Shown: piece by piece, positions 11,401 through 22,139 of the stretch
Position numbering within the stretch: position 1 is the stretch's first letter
How the letters are laid out: the number at the start of each line of letters is the position of its first letter
From: Malacoraja senta
Taxonomy: Eukaryota
DNA: 64,000 bases
NCBI GenBank assembly: GCA_038087875.1
Contig: JAXLNO010000592.1
Coordinates: forward strand, 1 to 64,000
Direction of reading: 5' to 3'
The notes under the pieces: generated by a model
The model's input: only the letters and a program-made list of their open reading frames with translations
Told to the model about the DNA's origin: nothing
Databases searched by the model: none
Made by a program: the position numbers and the translations under genes

Positions 11401-13182
11401 ACTTCCGATGTCCTTAATAGGTAGGATAAATGCTATAAAAATGATTTTCTTACCACAAATCCTTTACCTATTTCAATCAATACCTATATATCTCCCAAAA
11501 AAGTTTTTCAAAAAACTGGACTCAGACATTACAAATTTTATATGGGATTACAAATCCCACAGAATACAAAGAACACACCTTAACAAACGAAAAGAGTTGG
11601 GGGGTCTAGCGCTCCCTAACTTTATGTATTATAACTGGGCAGTAAATATTAAAAATATGATTCACCTGCTGGACAATTCTGCCCAGCAGGTGGACTGGAT
11701 TATAATGGAAAAAGGGGATTGCTCCCCGAATAATATAGGAGCGATTATTCTCTCTCCAATAAATTTGAATAATAAAAATTATAATAAAAATCCAATTATA
11801 TATAGCACTATTAGAACATGGAAGCAAATAAAACAGAATCTAAAATTAAGAAACCTATCTCTCTTAATACCAATAGTCAATAACCCATCGTTTAAACCTT
11901 CAATCATAGATAAAGCATTTATACAATGGGAAAGAATGGGAATTAAAACGCTCGAAGATCTGTATGAATTAGAAAAATTACTATCATTCCAACAACTACA
12001 ACTGAAATATAATTTGAAAAATAATCAATATTTTAAATATCTACAAATCTGTGACTATTTGAAAACACACACAAAAGATTATTATAATATGCCTTCCGAC
12101 TTACTAGATGAAGCAATGAAGACAAAGGCGGAATCAGTTAATTTAATATCATACTTATATAATATCATCTTAAATATAGAAATACCCACAACAGATGGAA
12201 TTAGAAGAGATTGGGAACAAGATCTAGGTATAAAAATTTCAAAAGAGAGTTGGGATAATCATTTATTACAGGTGCATAAATGCTCGATCAACGTACGACA
12301 TACGCTTATCCAATTTAAAACATTACATAGATTATATTATTCAAAAACCAAACTAAATAAAATCTTTCCTAACGTCTCACCAATCTGTGATAAATGTATA
12401 TGTCAAGAAGCTACCATAGCACATTCTTTTGTTTTTTGTACAAAAATCCAAAAATTCTGGTTTGAAATATTTGATATTTTTTCAAAATTAATCAAAATAA
12501 AACTGGTACCAAAACCAGAATGGATTATTTTTGGAATATCGGAAGGTATTCCTGAATTAAACGTGTATCAGAAGAATTTACTCAATTATGGGCTAATAAT
12601 GGGAAAAAAGCTTATACTTAAATTCTGGAAAAATGCGCCCACACCAACAATAAAAATGTGGACATCAAATATGTTGGAAACATTACATCTGGAAGAGATG
12701 AGATTCCTCCTAGTAGGCAAAGTAGATCAATTTCAAAAGACGTGGTCTACGTTTTTGGACCTATTACAAGCATGAGGTGCAATAGTAATTTAGAAAAACA
12801 AATAAATAAATAAAAGGTATCTGGACCTGGTAATGGGAGGTAAAATAAAAACAGACTTGGTTGGTAGTTCCTTCTCTATGAAGTATGGTATAAGAGTTAT
12901 AATAGAGCGATTGTTCCTTCTTTCTTTCTCTTTTTTTTTTCTAGGGTCTATTTTCTAACTTTACTTCCTTCTCTAACTTCTTTTCTAAGGGGCTTTCTTT
13001 TCCCAACACTCTTTTGCACTTCACAACCTTTGCGCACTTTCTTCACTTTTCTTACTTCTTTCTTTTTCTTTCTTAAAGTTTAAAAAAGTGAAGCGGTACA
13101 AAAAATGTATTAATATATACGTGTTGTACATTACTGTAATCTACCGTACTTCTAAAAAATAAAAAAAATAAAAAAAATAAAA
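8439..13182 (+). mobile_element. L1-clade LINE, 5'-truncated (no complete ORF1), with intact ORF2, 3' UTR and A-rich tail
   Basis: A-rich tail at about 13154-13183. 5-bp duplication ataga at 8434-8438 and 13183-13187. The interrupted Penelope frame rejoins across it. Confidence 0.9.
8984..12775 (+). CDS. L1 ORF2p (APE endonuclease, reverse transcriptase, CCHC domain), 1263 aa from first ATG
   Basis: SWNIRG, LQETH, GGDFN, SRIDYF, SDHSP (EN). PGPDGF, SLDAEKAFD, RQGCSLSPLLF, LYADD (RT). CDKC..H..C (C-terminal). No stops. Confidence 0.95.
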   Translation: MHDDNQKKIGGITLCSWNIRGINEPIKRGKILAQLKSYNTDIAFLQETHLKQQDQTRLRANWIGQTFHSSFTSKSRGTAIIIRKGIPFKSKNTILDKEGRYLIVAGEINNMPITLVNIYAPNFDNPQFFNKILNIIAESNYQNVIIGGDFNCVLDPYLDKSMQKQKGQTKSKTSELLHTYMENTNITDVWRIANPTGRDYSFYSMVHKTYSRIDYFLVDTKLISQSLNPKYHINAISDHSPLTFVLKLEGMSMNKPFWRFNSQILKDPQGSIYLKKQMDLFFELNDTPEISPTLLWESFKAFIRGVIISFQAYQNKKNKNEQRHLEDQIKQLDIDNAKDPTMDKHNKILLLKFQLNKLLSEKVITLFQITKQEHFEFGDKPHKLLARQLKKREKENAILKIKSDRGEVLTLPKDINKRFAQFYQNLYTSKTSIDNNKISEFLDNCNLPQLERREQEELGAQITSKEIEDTIKTLKNGKTPGPDGFSNEFYKSFYDIVTPRLQKMYTYAYKEQNLPETLAESTIILILKKDKNIEEPGSYRAIALLNTDQKIIAKTLANRLSKYVSRLIHEDQTGFIPKRHSFNNLRRLLNIMHSHKSYDQELAIISLDAEKAFDQVEWDYMIKVLQKFQLGENFIAWIKLLYNKPTARILTNNILSSKFELSRGNRQGCSLSPLLFALVIEPLAEKIRTHSNIHGYNTKYSNNKLSLYADDVLLYITKPQISIPNILNLIEDFGSFSGYRINWNKSEIMSIKPKDSTHLRKFPFKIAMEKFKYLGIEITRNYHDMFKANYNPLLKKLNNLIKFWKTLPMSLIGRINAIKMIFLPQILYLFQSIPIYLPKKFFKKLDSDITNFIWDYKSHRIQRTHLNKRKELGGLALPNFMYYNWAVNIKNMIHLLDNSAQQVDWIIMEKGDCSPNNIGAIILSPINLNNKNYNKNPIIYSTIRTWKQIKQNLKLRNLSLLIPIVNNPSFKPSIIDKAFIQWERMGIKTLEDLYELEKLLSFQQLQLKYNLKNNQYFKYLQICDYLKTHTKDYYNMPSDLLDEAMKTKAESVNLISYLYNIILNIEIPTTDGIRRDWEQDLGIKISKESWDNHLLQVHKCSINVRHTLIQFKTLHRLYYSKTKLNKIFPNVSPICDKCICQEATIAHSFVFCTKIQKFWFEIFDIFSKLIKIKLVPKPEWIIFGISEGIPELNVYQKNLLNYGLIMGKKLILKFWKNAPTPTIKMWTSNMLETLHLEEMRFLLVGKVDQFQKTWSTFLDLLQA

Positions 13183-13310
13183 ATAGATGAGGCTCTCACC
13201 AGGGTCTCCTCTATATCCCGCAGCTCTGCTCTCACTCCCCATCACCCTACTCGTAACAAGGACAGAGTCCCCCTTGTCCTCACCTTCCACCCTACCAGCC
13301 GTCGCATTTG
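13183..13310 (+). mobile_element. Penelope-like fragment, right part
   Basis: IDEALTRVSSISRSSALTPHHPTRNKDRVPLVLTFHPTSRRI continues the frame broken at 8438. Confidence 0.85.
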
Positions 13311-13792
13311 CTTTCACCTCCTTTCCCCATTTTGTACCAACATTTGATACAGTAACATTTAAACGACGTAGGAAGGAACTACAGATGCTGGTTTACACTG
13401 AAGATAGACACAAAAAACAGCGGGTTAGACAACATCTCTGGAGAAAAAGAATATGTGACATTTTGGTTTCAGACTCTTCTTCGGACTCAAGTCTGTTGCC
13501 ATCTGTAAAACATCTGTCATGTTTCAATGGTAGACTTCCAAAATATATTGGACATTTGGGCACAATTTCAGAAAGTGTGGTGCGTAGGTCCCGAAATGAA
13601 AGCGAGGAGCCAGGTATTTCGGGAGGCACCTTTATTTATGTCCTTCTAGATTGTAGGGAAGTCCACGAGAGAAAGATGGCACCCAAACCCTTGCCTTTAA
13701 ACCTCTGGTTAAGGGCCGCCTCTGGACTGAACCATTCCCGTGCCGAGGGGTTTGACAGTTAGGATGGTCCGACCCTTGGGAGCCGCCACAAA

Positions 13793-14092
13793 AGTTTAGA
13801 TTAGAGATACAGTGTAGAAACAGGCCCTTCAGCCCACTGAGTCCGTGCCGACCAGTGATTACCCGCACACTAATACTATCCCACACACTAGGGACAATTT
13901 ACTATTTTATCAAAGCCAATTAAGCTACAAACTTGTACATCTTTGGACAGTGGGATGAAACCAGAGCCCCCCGGAGAAAACCCACTCAGTCACGGGCCGA
14001 ACGTACAAAATCCGTACCAACAGGACCCGTATTCAGAATCGAACCTGGGTCTCTAGCGCTGTGAGGTAGCAACTGTACCGCTGTGCCGCCCC
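13793..14092 (-). mobile_element. HE1-type V-SINE, near full length
   Basis: tRNA-like head, V-domain-like body and (taaac)-type tail on minus. Confidence 0.85.
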
Positions 14093-14589
14093 TGAATGTA
14101 TCCAACTGTAAATCCTTGGTGTTGCACCTGTTACATAGTTCTCTTGAATGAGCTTTCCAATTACACAAAGTGGCGTTCTCTGTTACAGGATTCTCAGTAG
14201 GATTTGCATTAGAGTGCAAGGATTTCTGGCTGCCCATTGCTATGAATCCAGCTGTTTTCCTTGCTGGTTCTGGTTAGACAGATGTTTCCCATAAATAGTC
14301 TAATGATCCAAATGAATTGGAGAAGTGAGATTCACAACAATCCAGAAATCAGTTTAGCATTTTGATTAATATGTTCTTTTAAACAAGATTAGTCATGGAA
14401 TGTGCAACTTCTCATGTATGGTCTGTAAACTCTTCCTATATTGTGATCTAATTATGCTTCTAAACTGATAGCCAAACATCAACATCAACATTCCCTGTGT
14501 TCCCATTCTATTTTCACTTGGTTCTCAGAATAAAAATTTTAAACTTTGGAGATTACTCCACCTTATTTTCTCTTACATCTTCAAGCTTT

Positions 14590-15595
14590 GCAAAACCATA
14601 TAACCATATAACCATATAACCATAACAGCACGGAAACAGGCCATCTCGTCCCTTCAAGTCCGTGCCGAACATTTTTTTTAAATTATTATTATTTTTTTTA
14701 ATTAAAAATAAATACTTCCCCCTAGTCCCATCTACCTGCACTCAGACCATAACCCTCCATTTCTTTCCCGTCCATATACCCATCCAATCTATTTTTAAAG
14801 GATAACATCGAACCTGCCTCCACCACTTCCACTGGAAGCTCATTCCACACAGCTACCACTCTCTGAGTAAAGAAGTTCCCCCTAATGTTCCCCCTAAACT
14901 TCTGTCCCTTAATTCTCAAGTCATGTCCCCTTGTTTGAATCTTCCCTACTCTCAATGGGAAAAGCTTATCCACGTCCACTCTGTCTAACCCGCTCATAAT
15001 TTTAAAGACCTCTATCAAGTCCCCTCTTAACCTTCTGCGCTCCAAAAAATAAAGACCTAACTTGTTAAACCTTTCTCTGTAACTTAGTTGCTGAAACCCA
15101 GGCAACATTCTAGTAAATCTCCTCTGTACTCTCTCTATTTTGTTGACATCCTTCCTATAATTAGGCGACCAAAATTGTACTCCATACTCCAGAATTGGCC
15201 TCACCAATGCCTTGTACAATTTTAACATTACATCCCAACTTCTATATTCAATGCTCTGATTTATAAAGGCCAGCACACCAAAAGCTTTCTTTACCACCCT
15301 ATCTACATGAGATTCCACCTTCAGGGAACTATGCACAGTTATTCCTAGATCCCTCTGTTCAACTGCATTCCTCAATTCGCTACCATTTACCGTGTACGTC
15401 CTATTTTGATTTGTCCTGCCGAGATGTAGCACCTCACATTTGTCAGCATTAAACTCCATCTGCCATCTTTCAGCCCACTCTTCCAAATGGCCTAAATCTC
15501 TCTGTAGACTTTGAAAATCTACTTCATTATCCACAACACCACCTATCTTAGTATCATCTGCATACTTACTAATCCAATTTTCCACACCAAATAAC
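14590..15595 (-). mobile_element. CR1 LINE 3' part with intact RT C-terminus and tail
   Basis: ORF 14722..15627: ISKYADDTK, RPILEYGVQFWSP, RLRGDLIEVFK. AT-rich tract followed by a (ggttatat)-like tail. Confidence 0.92.
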
Positions 15596-15600
15596 CAAAT

Positions 15601-15838
15601 AATTAGTTTAGTTGAGTGATACAGCATGGAAACAGGTCCTTGGGCCCACCGGGTCCGCTCCAGCCAATGATCATCCTACACACTAGGGACAATGTACAGA
15701 AGCCAATTAACCTACAAACCTCCATGTCTTTGGGATGTGGGAGGAAACCGGAGCACTCGGAGAAAACCCACGCAGTCACGGGGAGAACATACGAACTCCG
15801 TAGAGACAGCACCCGTAGTCAGGATCGAACCAGGGTCT
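15601..15838 (-). mobile_element. HE1-type V-SINE
   Basis: Matches the other copies in the window. Confidence 0.85.
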
Positions 15839-15866
15839 GTCGCACCAAAGGTTCTTAATGATAGAC

Positions 15867-16220
15867 ACAAAGTGCTGGAGTAACTCAGCAGGTGAGCCAG
15901 CATCTCTGGAGAAAATGGATAGGTGACGTTTCACAGAGTGTTGGAGTAACTCAGTGGGTCAGGCAGCATCTCTGGAGAAAATGGATAGGTGACGTTTCAC
16001 AGAGTGTTGGAGTAACTCAGCGGGACAGGCAGCATCTCTGGAGAACATGGATAGGTGACGTTTCACAGAGTGCTCGAGTAACGCAGCGGGTCAGGCAGCA
16101 TCTCTGAAGAAAATGAATAGGTGACGTTTCACAGAGTGCTCGAGTAACTCAGTGGGTCAGGCAGCATCTCTGGAGAACATGGATAGGTGTCGTTTCGGAT
16201 CAGGACCCTTCTTCGGACTG
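15867..16220 (-). repeat. Tandem array of five 66-bp PLE pLTR-derived units ending in a degenerate hammerhead core
   Basis: Unit starts at 15867, 15933, 15999, 16065 and 16131 (aca[a/g]agtg..ggtgacgtttc). Confidence 0.9.
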
Positions 16221-17069
16221 ATTGTGGGTGGGAGGGGGTGGATTGGAAGCAAGAAAGGACCAGGACAAATCAGGACCGGCAACAGATTACCTCAGGCAAG
16301 GACAGTACAGAAACATAGAAAATATGTGCAGGAGTAGGCCATATGGCCCTTTGAGCCAGCATCGCCATTCAATATGATCATGGCTGATCATCCAGAATCA
16401 GTACCCCGTTCCTGCTTTCTCCCCATATCCCTTCATTCTGTTAGCTCTTAGAGCTATATCTAACTGAAAGGCTGATTATCTGCTAGGGATGGTGTGAATC
16501 TGAGGAATATATTGTGAACTGTGGAACTAATTAACTGACTTTTAGTGCAAGAAGGGGGTGGGAGGGTGGAGGGGGGGGGAAGGAGAGGAGGAAGGGGAGC
16601 ATATGTAGAAGTTACCTTAACTCAGAGAATCCAATGTTTACATTACTGGGTAGTGAGTTGTTCCTCCATGTTGTGTACAGCCTCAATCTGGCAAAGGAGG
16701 AGGCCCGGGACACATTTCTTAAAGTCACACACATGCCGTAGGTAGAACAATGGAAGATAGACTATATTCCTCACCAATGTGAGGTGAAGTACTTGGTGAG
16801 GGCTATTCACGGTGGGAATGCGTAGGGAATGGTGGATTCCTACGGAGTATTGAGGAATGGGGACTTTGGAGTTCGAGGATCCTTGAAATTGGCAACATTT
16901 AAGGTGGTAAAGAAGGCATACAGGATATTTACCTTCAATATCTGTTATCTCTACTACTGATTTTCCAGCATCCTTGGTTCCAGAGCCTTTCTGGATTATC
17001 TGTTTTGCCGGACCAACAGTGAAGTGGTTTTTTGGTGTGGGCTATCCAGTCAGTGGAAAGGCTATACAT

Positions 17070-17380
17070 GAATCCCAGAATACATACATCTTAGAATAAA
17101 GGGGAGGCCATTTGAGACTGAGGTGAGAAAAGACTTTTTCACCCAGAGAGTTGTGAATTTGTGGAATTCCCTGCCACAGAGGGCAGTGGAGGCCAAATCA
17201 CTGGATGGATTTAAGAGAGAGTTAGATAGGGCTCTAGGGGCCAGTGGAGTCAAGGGATATGGGGAGAAGGCAGGCACGGGTTATTGATAGGGGACGATTA
17301 GCAATGATCACAATGAATGGCAGTGCAGGTTCGAAGGGCCGACTGGCCTCCTCCTGCACCTATTGTCTATGTTTCTATGA
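17070..17380 (+). mobile_element. CR1 LINE 3' fragment with tail
   Basis: ttcacccagagagttgtgaatttgtggaattccctgcc..ctatgtttctatg, shared with 26798-27105. Confidence 0.85.
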
Positions 17381-17418
17381 TAACAACCAAACCCCTCCTC
17401 TAGTAGGGAAACAAAAAT

Positions 17419-17580
17419 GCAGCATCTATGGAGCGGAGGAAATAGGCAACGTTTCAGTCTGAAGAAGGGTTTGGGCCCGAAACGTTGCCTATTTCCTTCG
17501 CTCCATAGATGCTGCTGCACCCGCTGAGTTTCTCCAGCATTTGTTTACCTTCCATTTTCCAGCATCTGCAGCAAAGATAC
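17419..17580 (+). mobile_element. PLE pLTR variant (GUU triplet) with 37-bp inverted duplication
   Basis: Core CTGAAGAagggtttgggcccGAAACGTT at 17459-17486. Arms 17419-17455 and 17479-17515 are reverse complements with 1 mismatch. Confidence 0.75.
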
Positions 17581-17742
17581 TAGAGGATCCGCGATATAAT
17601 CTTTGATCTGCAGTTCCTTCTTCAACACTTTGTCCTCGAGTATCTTTGTTGTCCACAAAGGCGCTTCCGGCGGGAGGGGGGACGGGACAGTTTAGGAGTG
17701 GGTTTTTGTTGTTGTTTGGTGTATTGAGGGTGGGATGGAGAG

Positions 17743-17893
17743 NNNNNNNNNNNNNNNNNNNNNNNNNNNNNNNNNNNNNNNNNNNNNNNNNNNNNNNNNN
17801 NNNNNNNNNNNNNNNNNNNNNNNNNNNNNNNNNNNNNNNNNNNNNNNNNNNNNNNNNNNNNNNNNNNNNNNNNNNNNNNNNNNNNNNNNNNNN
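17743..17893. other. Assembly gap (151 N)
   Basis: Run of n. Confidence 1.
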
Positions 17894-18130
17894 GAGAGTG
17901 GGTTTGTAGGTTAATTGGTTTCTGGTAAAGATTGTAAATTGTCCCCCTGTGTGTGTGTAGGATAGTGTTAGTGTGCGGGGATCGCTAGTCTGCACAGACT
18001 CGGTGGGCCGAAGGGCCTGCTTCCGCGCTGTATCTCTAAACTAAACTAGTGTGTGAACGGACGATCGCTGGTCAGCACAGACTCGGTGGGGCCGAAGGGC
18101 CTGTTTCCGTGCTGTATCTCTAAACTAAAC
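17894..18130 (+). mobile_element. HE1-type SINE 3' half with duplicated tail
   Basis: Two successive gggccgaagggcctg..tgtatctctaaactaaact ends. Confidence 0.8.
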
Positions 18131-18621
18131 TGGTCTAAACTGGTTGAAGAACATAATTCAAACATCAAGTTGTCTACCTTGGATTTTTCCAGCATCTGCA
18201 GTTCTTTCTTAAACATGTACTTGTTCCTTGTACTTTTCCTGAGTGTATGATGGGGGTAATATGGAGTGAGCTTTACCCAAAATCAAATGCGAGGTAAGAG
18301 TTGTTTAATTGTCTTATGTATCAACAATAGAACAACAAAATTCTGACTTGCTGCAGCTTCACCTGCATGTAACTGCAATAACACAGAGATAATATAAAAC
18401 AACCAATAAAACAATAAATTAATAACTGTAATAGTGGACTATCATAATAGTGCAAAAAACTAAATTCATATTACATTCAAAGACAGTCCGTAGATGATCA
18501 TAGATGCTGAAGTTAGTTTTGTGTGGTGTTGAAGAGCCTGATGTTTGCTGAGAAGAGACTATTCTTGAATCTGGTTGTCACGGTTTTCAGGCTGCTGTAT
18601 CTTTCCCTATATCTATACTTA

Positions 18622-18929
18622 GGGGCGGCAGGGTGGCACAGCGGTAGAGTTGCTGCCTTATAGCACCAGACACCAGGGTTCGACCCTGACTATGGATGCG
18701 GTCTGCACGGTGTTTGTATGTTGGGTGAACGCATGGGTTTTCTCCGGGTGCTCCAGTTTCCTCCCACACTCCAAAGACGTACAGGTTTGTAGGTTAATTG
18801 GTTTGTAAATTGTAATTTGTACCTAGTGTGTGTAGGATAGTGCCAATGTAAAGGGATCATTGGTCTTCGCAAACTTGGTAGGCCGAAAGGCCTGTTTCCA
18901 CGCTGTATCTCTAAACTAAACTAAACTAA
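18622..18929 (+). mobile_element. HE1-type V-SINE, full length
   Basis: Box A tggcacagcggt, box B ggttcgaccc, (taaac)n tail. Confidence 0.88.
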
Positions 18930-18974
18930 TTCTGCCCTGAGAGTGTGTGCATGGACAACGCAGACACAGCTTAA

Positions 18975-19287
18975 AGGCCCTGTCCCACTGTACGAGCTAA
19001 TTCAAGAGTTCTCCCGAGTTTCCCCCGATTCGAACTCGGAGAATTACGGTAATAGCCGCTCGTAGGTACTTGGGGCTCTCGTGGACTTTTTTCAACATGT
19101 TGAAAAATCTTCACGAGTCTTCACGAGCTTACCGCGTTTCCCGAGTACCTGCCGTTAGCGTTACGAGCCGCTAGGAGACTTCCCGAGCTCCGACGTACCC
19201 GCTACGTACATTCTACGTGCTTACCACGAGTTTAATTTTTTTAACTCGGGAGAGCTCTTGAATTACCTCGTACAGTGGGACAGGCTT
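18975..19287. mobile_element. MITE with about 20-bp TIRs (PIF/Harbinger- or Kolobok-like), copy 1
   Basis: cctgtcccactgtacgag..ctcgtacagtgggacagg. Second copy at 31897-32201 in the opposite orientation. Confidence 0.75.
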
Positions 19288-19529
19288 TGAATTTTCTTTT
19301 TAAAAGGCAGTATATTGAGGCAACTGGCAGAATTGGTGCCCCTCTGCTACAGCAACTTGGATTCAATCCTGATCTCGGGTACAACGTGTATCATTTTCTT
19401 GTTCTCCCTATGACACGAGGATCTCCACCAAATGCTCCGTTCCTCCTATATCTCAAAGACATGCGAGTTGGTTGGTTAATTGAATTTTGTAAATTGCCCA
19501 GTGCGTGATTGGATGACAGATGTTGTCTA

Positions 19530-19800
19530 TGTTTAGTTTAGTTTAGAGATACAGTGAGGAAGACCCTACAGCCCACCGTGTCTGCACCGACCAGCGATCC
19601 CCGCATTTTAACGCTACCCTACACACACTAGGGGTAATTTTACCTTTTATACCAAGCCAATTAACGTACAAACCTGTACATCTTTGGAGTGTGGGAGGAA
19701 ACCGAAGATCTTGGAAAAAACCTACGCAGGTCAAGGGGAGAACGTACAAACTCCATATAGAAAAGCACTTGTAGTCAGGATTGAACCCAGATCTCTGGCA
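19530..19800 (-). mobile_element. HE1-type V-SINE
   Basis: (gttta)n tail and family body on minus. Confidence 0.85.
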
Positions 19801-21049
19801 CCATGCCATCCTTCAGCAAGGTCCCACATGGGTGGCTGGTCCATTAGGTTGGAAAACATGGGATCCAGGGTGAGCTAGTCAATTGGACACAAAGTTGGCT
19901 TGGTGGTAGGAGTCAGAGAATGGTAGTGCAGGGTTGTTTTTTTACATAGGAAGCCTGTGACCAGTGGTATGCCTCAGGGACTGATGCTCTGATGTCATTC
20001 AGTCACACACAGTGCTCTCAGACTGATTAATGATTTCAATTTGCAGAAATGAAAGAGATGAAGGAAAGAGAGATAGAGCTGAGGGATGAGAGATGGAGAG
20101 ATAAATAGATGGAGAGAGGTAGGGAGATAGAGAGAGATATATATAGTGAGATGGAGAGAGATGATAGATAGAGAGAGGGATAATGTGATTGATACTTGTT
20201 GAGAGCAGAGCTGAAAATAGGTGAGGTGCCCTTGGGAAACAGTGTGGAAACAGGATGTCTGGGGATGGCCAGTTTATAAATGGACTACACTATGAAGGAA
20301 AATAGATCAATGTTAAGAGTTCTCAAGCCAGATAAGCAAAACAAAGATGTGTTTTGTTATTCAGTCCATGGATGAGTGGCAACTTGAATTTCTTGATTTT
20401 CTTTTCAGAGTTCAGACCTTGGATTAGAGTCTATTGTGCAACAAATCAGCTGAGCCCCTGGACAGATTAATGGTTGCCTGTTCAACATTCTGTACAACTG
20501 TAACATGACACCCCAACCCTAGTCCTCAGTACCATGGCTGAGGAAACAAGGCACAACATATACTCTGCGTAGGAATGAACAGCAGATGCTAATTTAAACC
20601 GAAGATAGACACAAAAAGCTAGAGAGACTCAGCGGCAATATTTCTGGAGAGAAGGAATGGGTGACGTTTTGGGTCGAGGCAATTCTTCAGACATATATTC
20701 CCTTCACTTCCCTATCAAACTATGATGCCATTTTCAGGGAATTATGTAATTGTACACCAAGGTACAGCTCCATTTACAATCCTGCAATAGATTTGGCCAG
20801 TCATGATTTGACTTCCCAAAATGCATCAAATCACACTTATTTGAGTTAGTTTTCAACTGGCATTCCTTCCCTCCCTCACCTCCCATCCCCTCACCTCCAT
20901 ACCTTTCCGGTTGATCAACATTATTTTGTAATCTTAGACAACAATTATCATTACCTAATATACTTATCAATTTTGTTGTCAACTCTGGCAAAGAAGAATC
21001 CAAAGATACTTTATGTACATTCAAGAGTCAATATTGTTTTATTGTCATA

Positions 21050-21583
21050 CCAGACCAAGTGCAGATCGGGTCTGCTCCCCCAACGAAATATTCCAGCACT
21101 CATCCGTTCCCCCAACGCAACCCGTTTGGCTTAAAAAAACACTTTAATCATGAATAACCCGGTGGGGGGAGGGGGCAGGGGGTGTGGCACTCGGCAGCTT
21201 GAGAGCCCATCGTGATTGGTGCACTGGAGGGGGGTGGGGAGGGGGGAGGGAGGGTTGGAGCACTGGAGTGCCCGTCCCTCCTGGAGTGGCCCTGTCCTGC
21301 CTTGCGAGTGCATTGTGAAGTCACTCGGATTTTGTTTCCAAAATGGAAGAGTTTGAAGAAATGAGACTGTTTAAATTTTTTTTACGATTAATAACTTCGG
21401 AAATATAGGTGGAAATATGACGGGAAGATGTTTATCGCCACCACGGGAAAAATGTGAGTACGACGTGTGAAAATGAGAAAGCTGTGGCCTAGCATTAGGA
21501 AGAAGATAGCAATTAACCAGATTGACACACACAGAGACACATCGTGGGCACAAACAAGCCAAAGACTTTTAGTTATATAGAGA
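21050..21583 (-). mobile_element. Non-autonomous Helitron-like element (534 bp)
   Basis: On minus: A|TC start at 21583, CTGG|T end at 21050, gcaga/tctgc hairpin 7 nt before the CTGG, no TSD. The host repeat rejoins seamlessly. Confidence 0.7.
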
Positions 21584-22050
21584 TGTCCTAGATAGAACAA
21601 TGACATTCTTACTTGCAGCAGCACAACAGAATATGTAAACATAGAACACTGTAAACAATATAAGAAACAAGAAATAAAAATATCTGGGTGTGTATATATA
21701 CACATACTCACAAATACACATATATAGAGACCATATTCGTATATATATATACACACACACACACTCATATGTACACACAAAAAACAAACAATAATGGTGC
21801 AACAATAACAATAATAGTCTATGTAGTTAAGAGCTTGTTTAAGGCTGTAGTGTTTAATAGCCTAAAGGCTGTAGGGTAGAAGTTATTCCTGAACCTGACG
21901 TTACAGTTTTAAGGCTCCTGTACCTTCTACCCTATGGCAGGGGTGGTGTGGGTCTCTGATGATGCTTGCTGCCTTTTTGAGCTTCCTTCGATGGTAGGAA
22001 GGTCAGAACCCGTGATGGACTGGGCAGTGTTCACAAGTTTTTACAGTCTT
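21584..22050 (-). mobile_element. Rex1/Babar-like LINE 3' region with microsatellite
   Basis: Antisense of the family tail (cttacttgcagcagcacaacagaatatg) and body, also seen at about 18300, 41620 and 42020. Confidence 0.55.
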
Positions 22051-22139
22051 CTTCACTCCTATATTAAATGAATGAGGGTAACTTGATAAAGAATAAATCC
22101 ACTCAGAAAATAAAAGCTGTCATCACTGTGAGAAGCTGC

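Noticed and set aside
14128-14269. Possible orphan minus-strand exon (EPARKTAGFIAMGSQKSLHSNANP..)
   Set aside because: Weak polypyrimidine tract and donor, no recognisable homology, no partner exons. RNA-seq would be needed.
15867-16196. Regularly spaced repeats resembling a CRISPR array (also 58924-59190)
   Set aside because: Whole 66-bp units are repeated with no unique spacers, the context is eukaryotic, and there are no cas genes. The units derive from the PLE pLTR.
17489-17995. ORFs spanning 17743-17893
   Set aside because: Artefacts of translating through the N gap.
18622-18700. tRNA-like sequences with A and B boxes (many copies)
   Set aside because: They are heads of HE1-type SINEs followed by the SINE body and tail, not tRNA genes.
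20400-20470. FRPWIRVYCATNQLSPWTD, faintly FNIII/WSxWS-like, after a cttttcag acceptor
   Set aside because: Ends in a stop after 20 codons and has no supporting exons.
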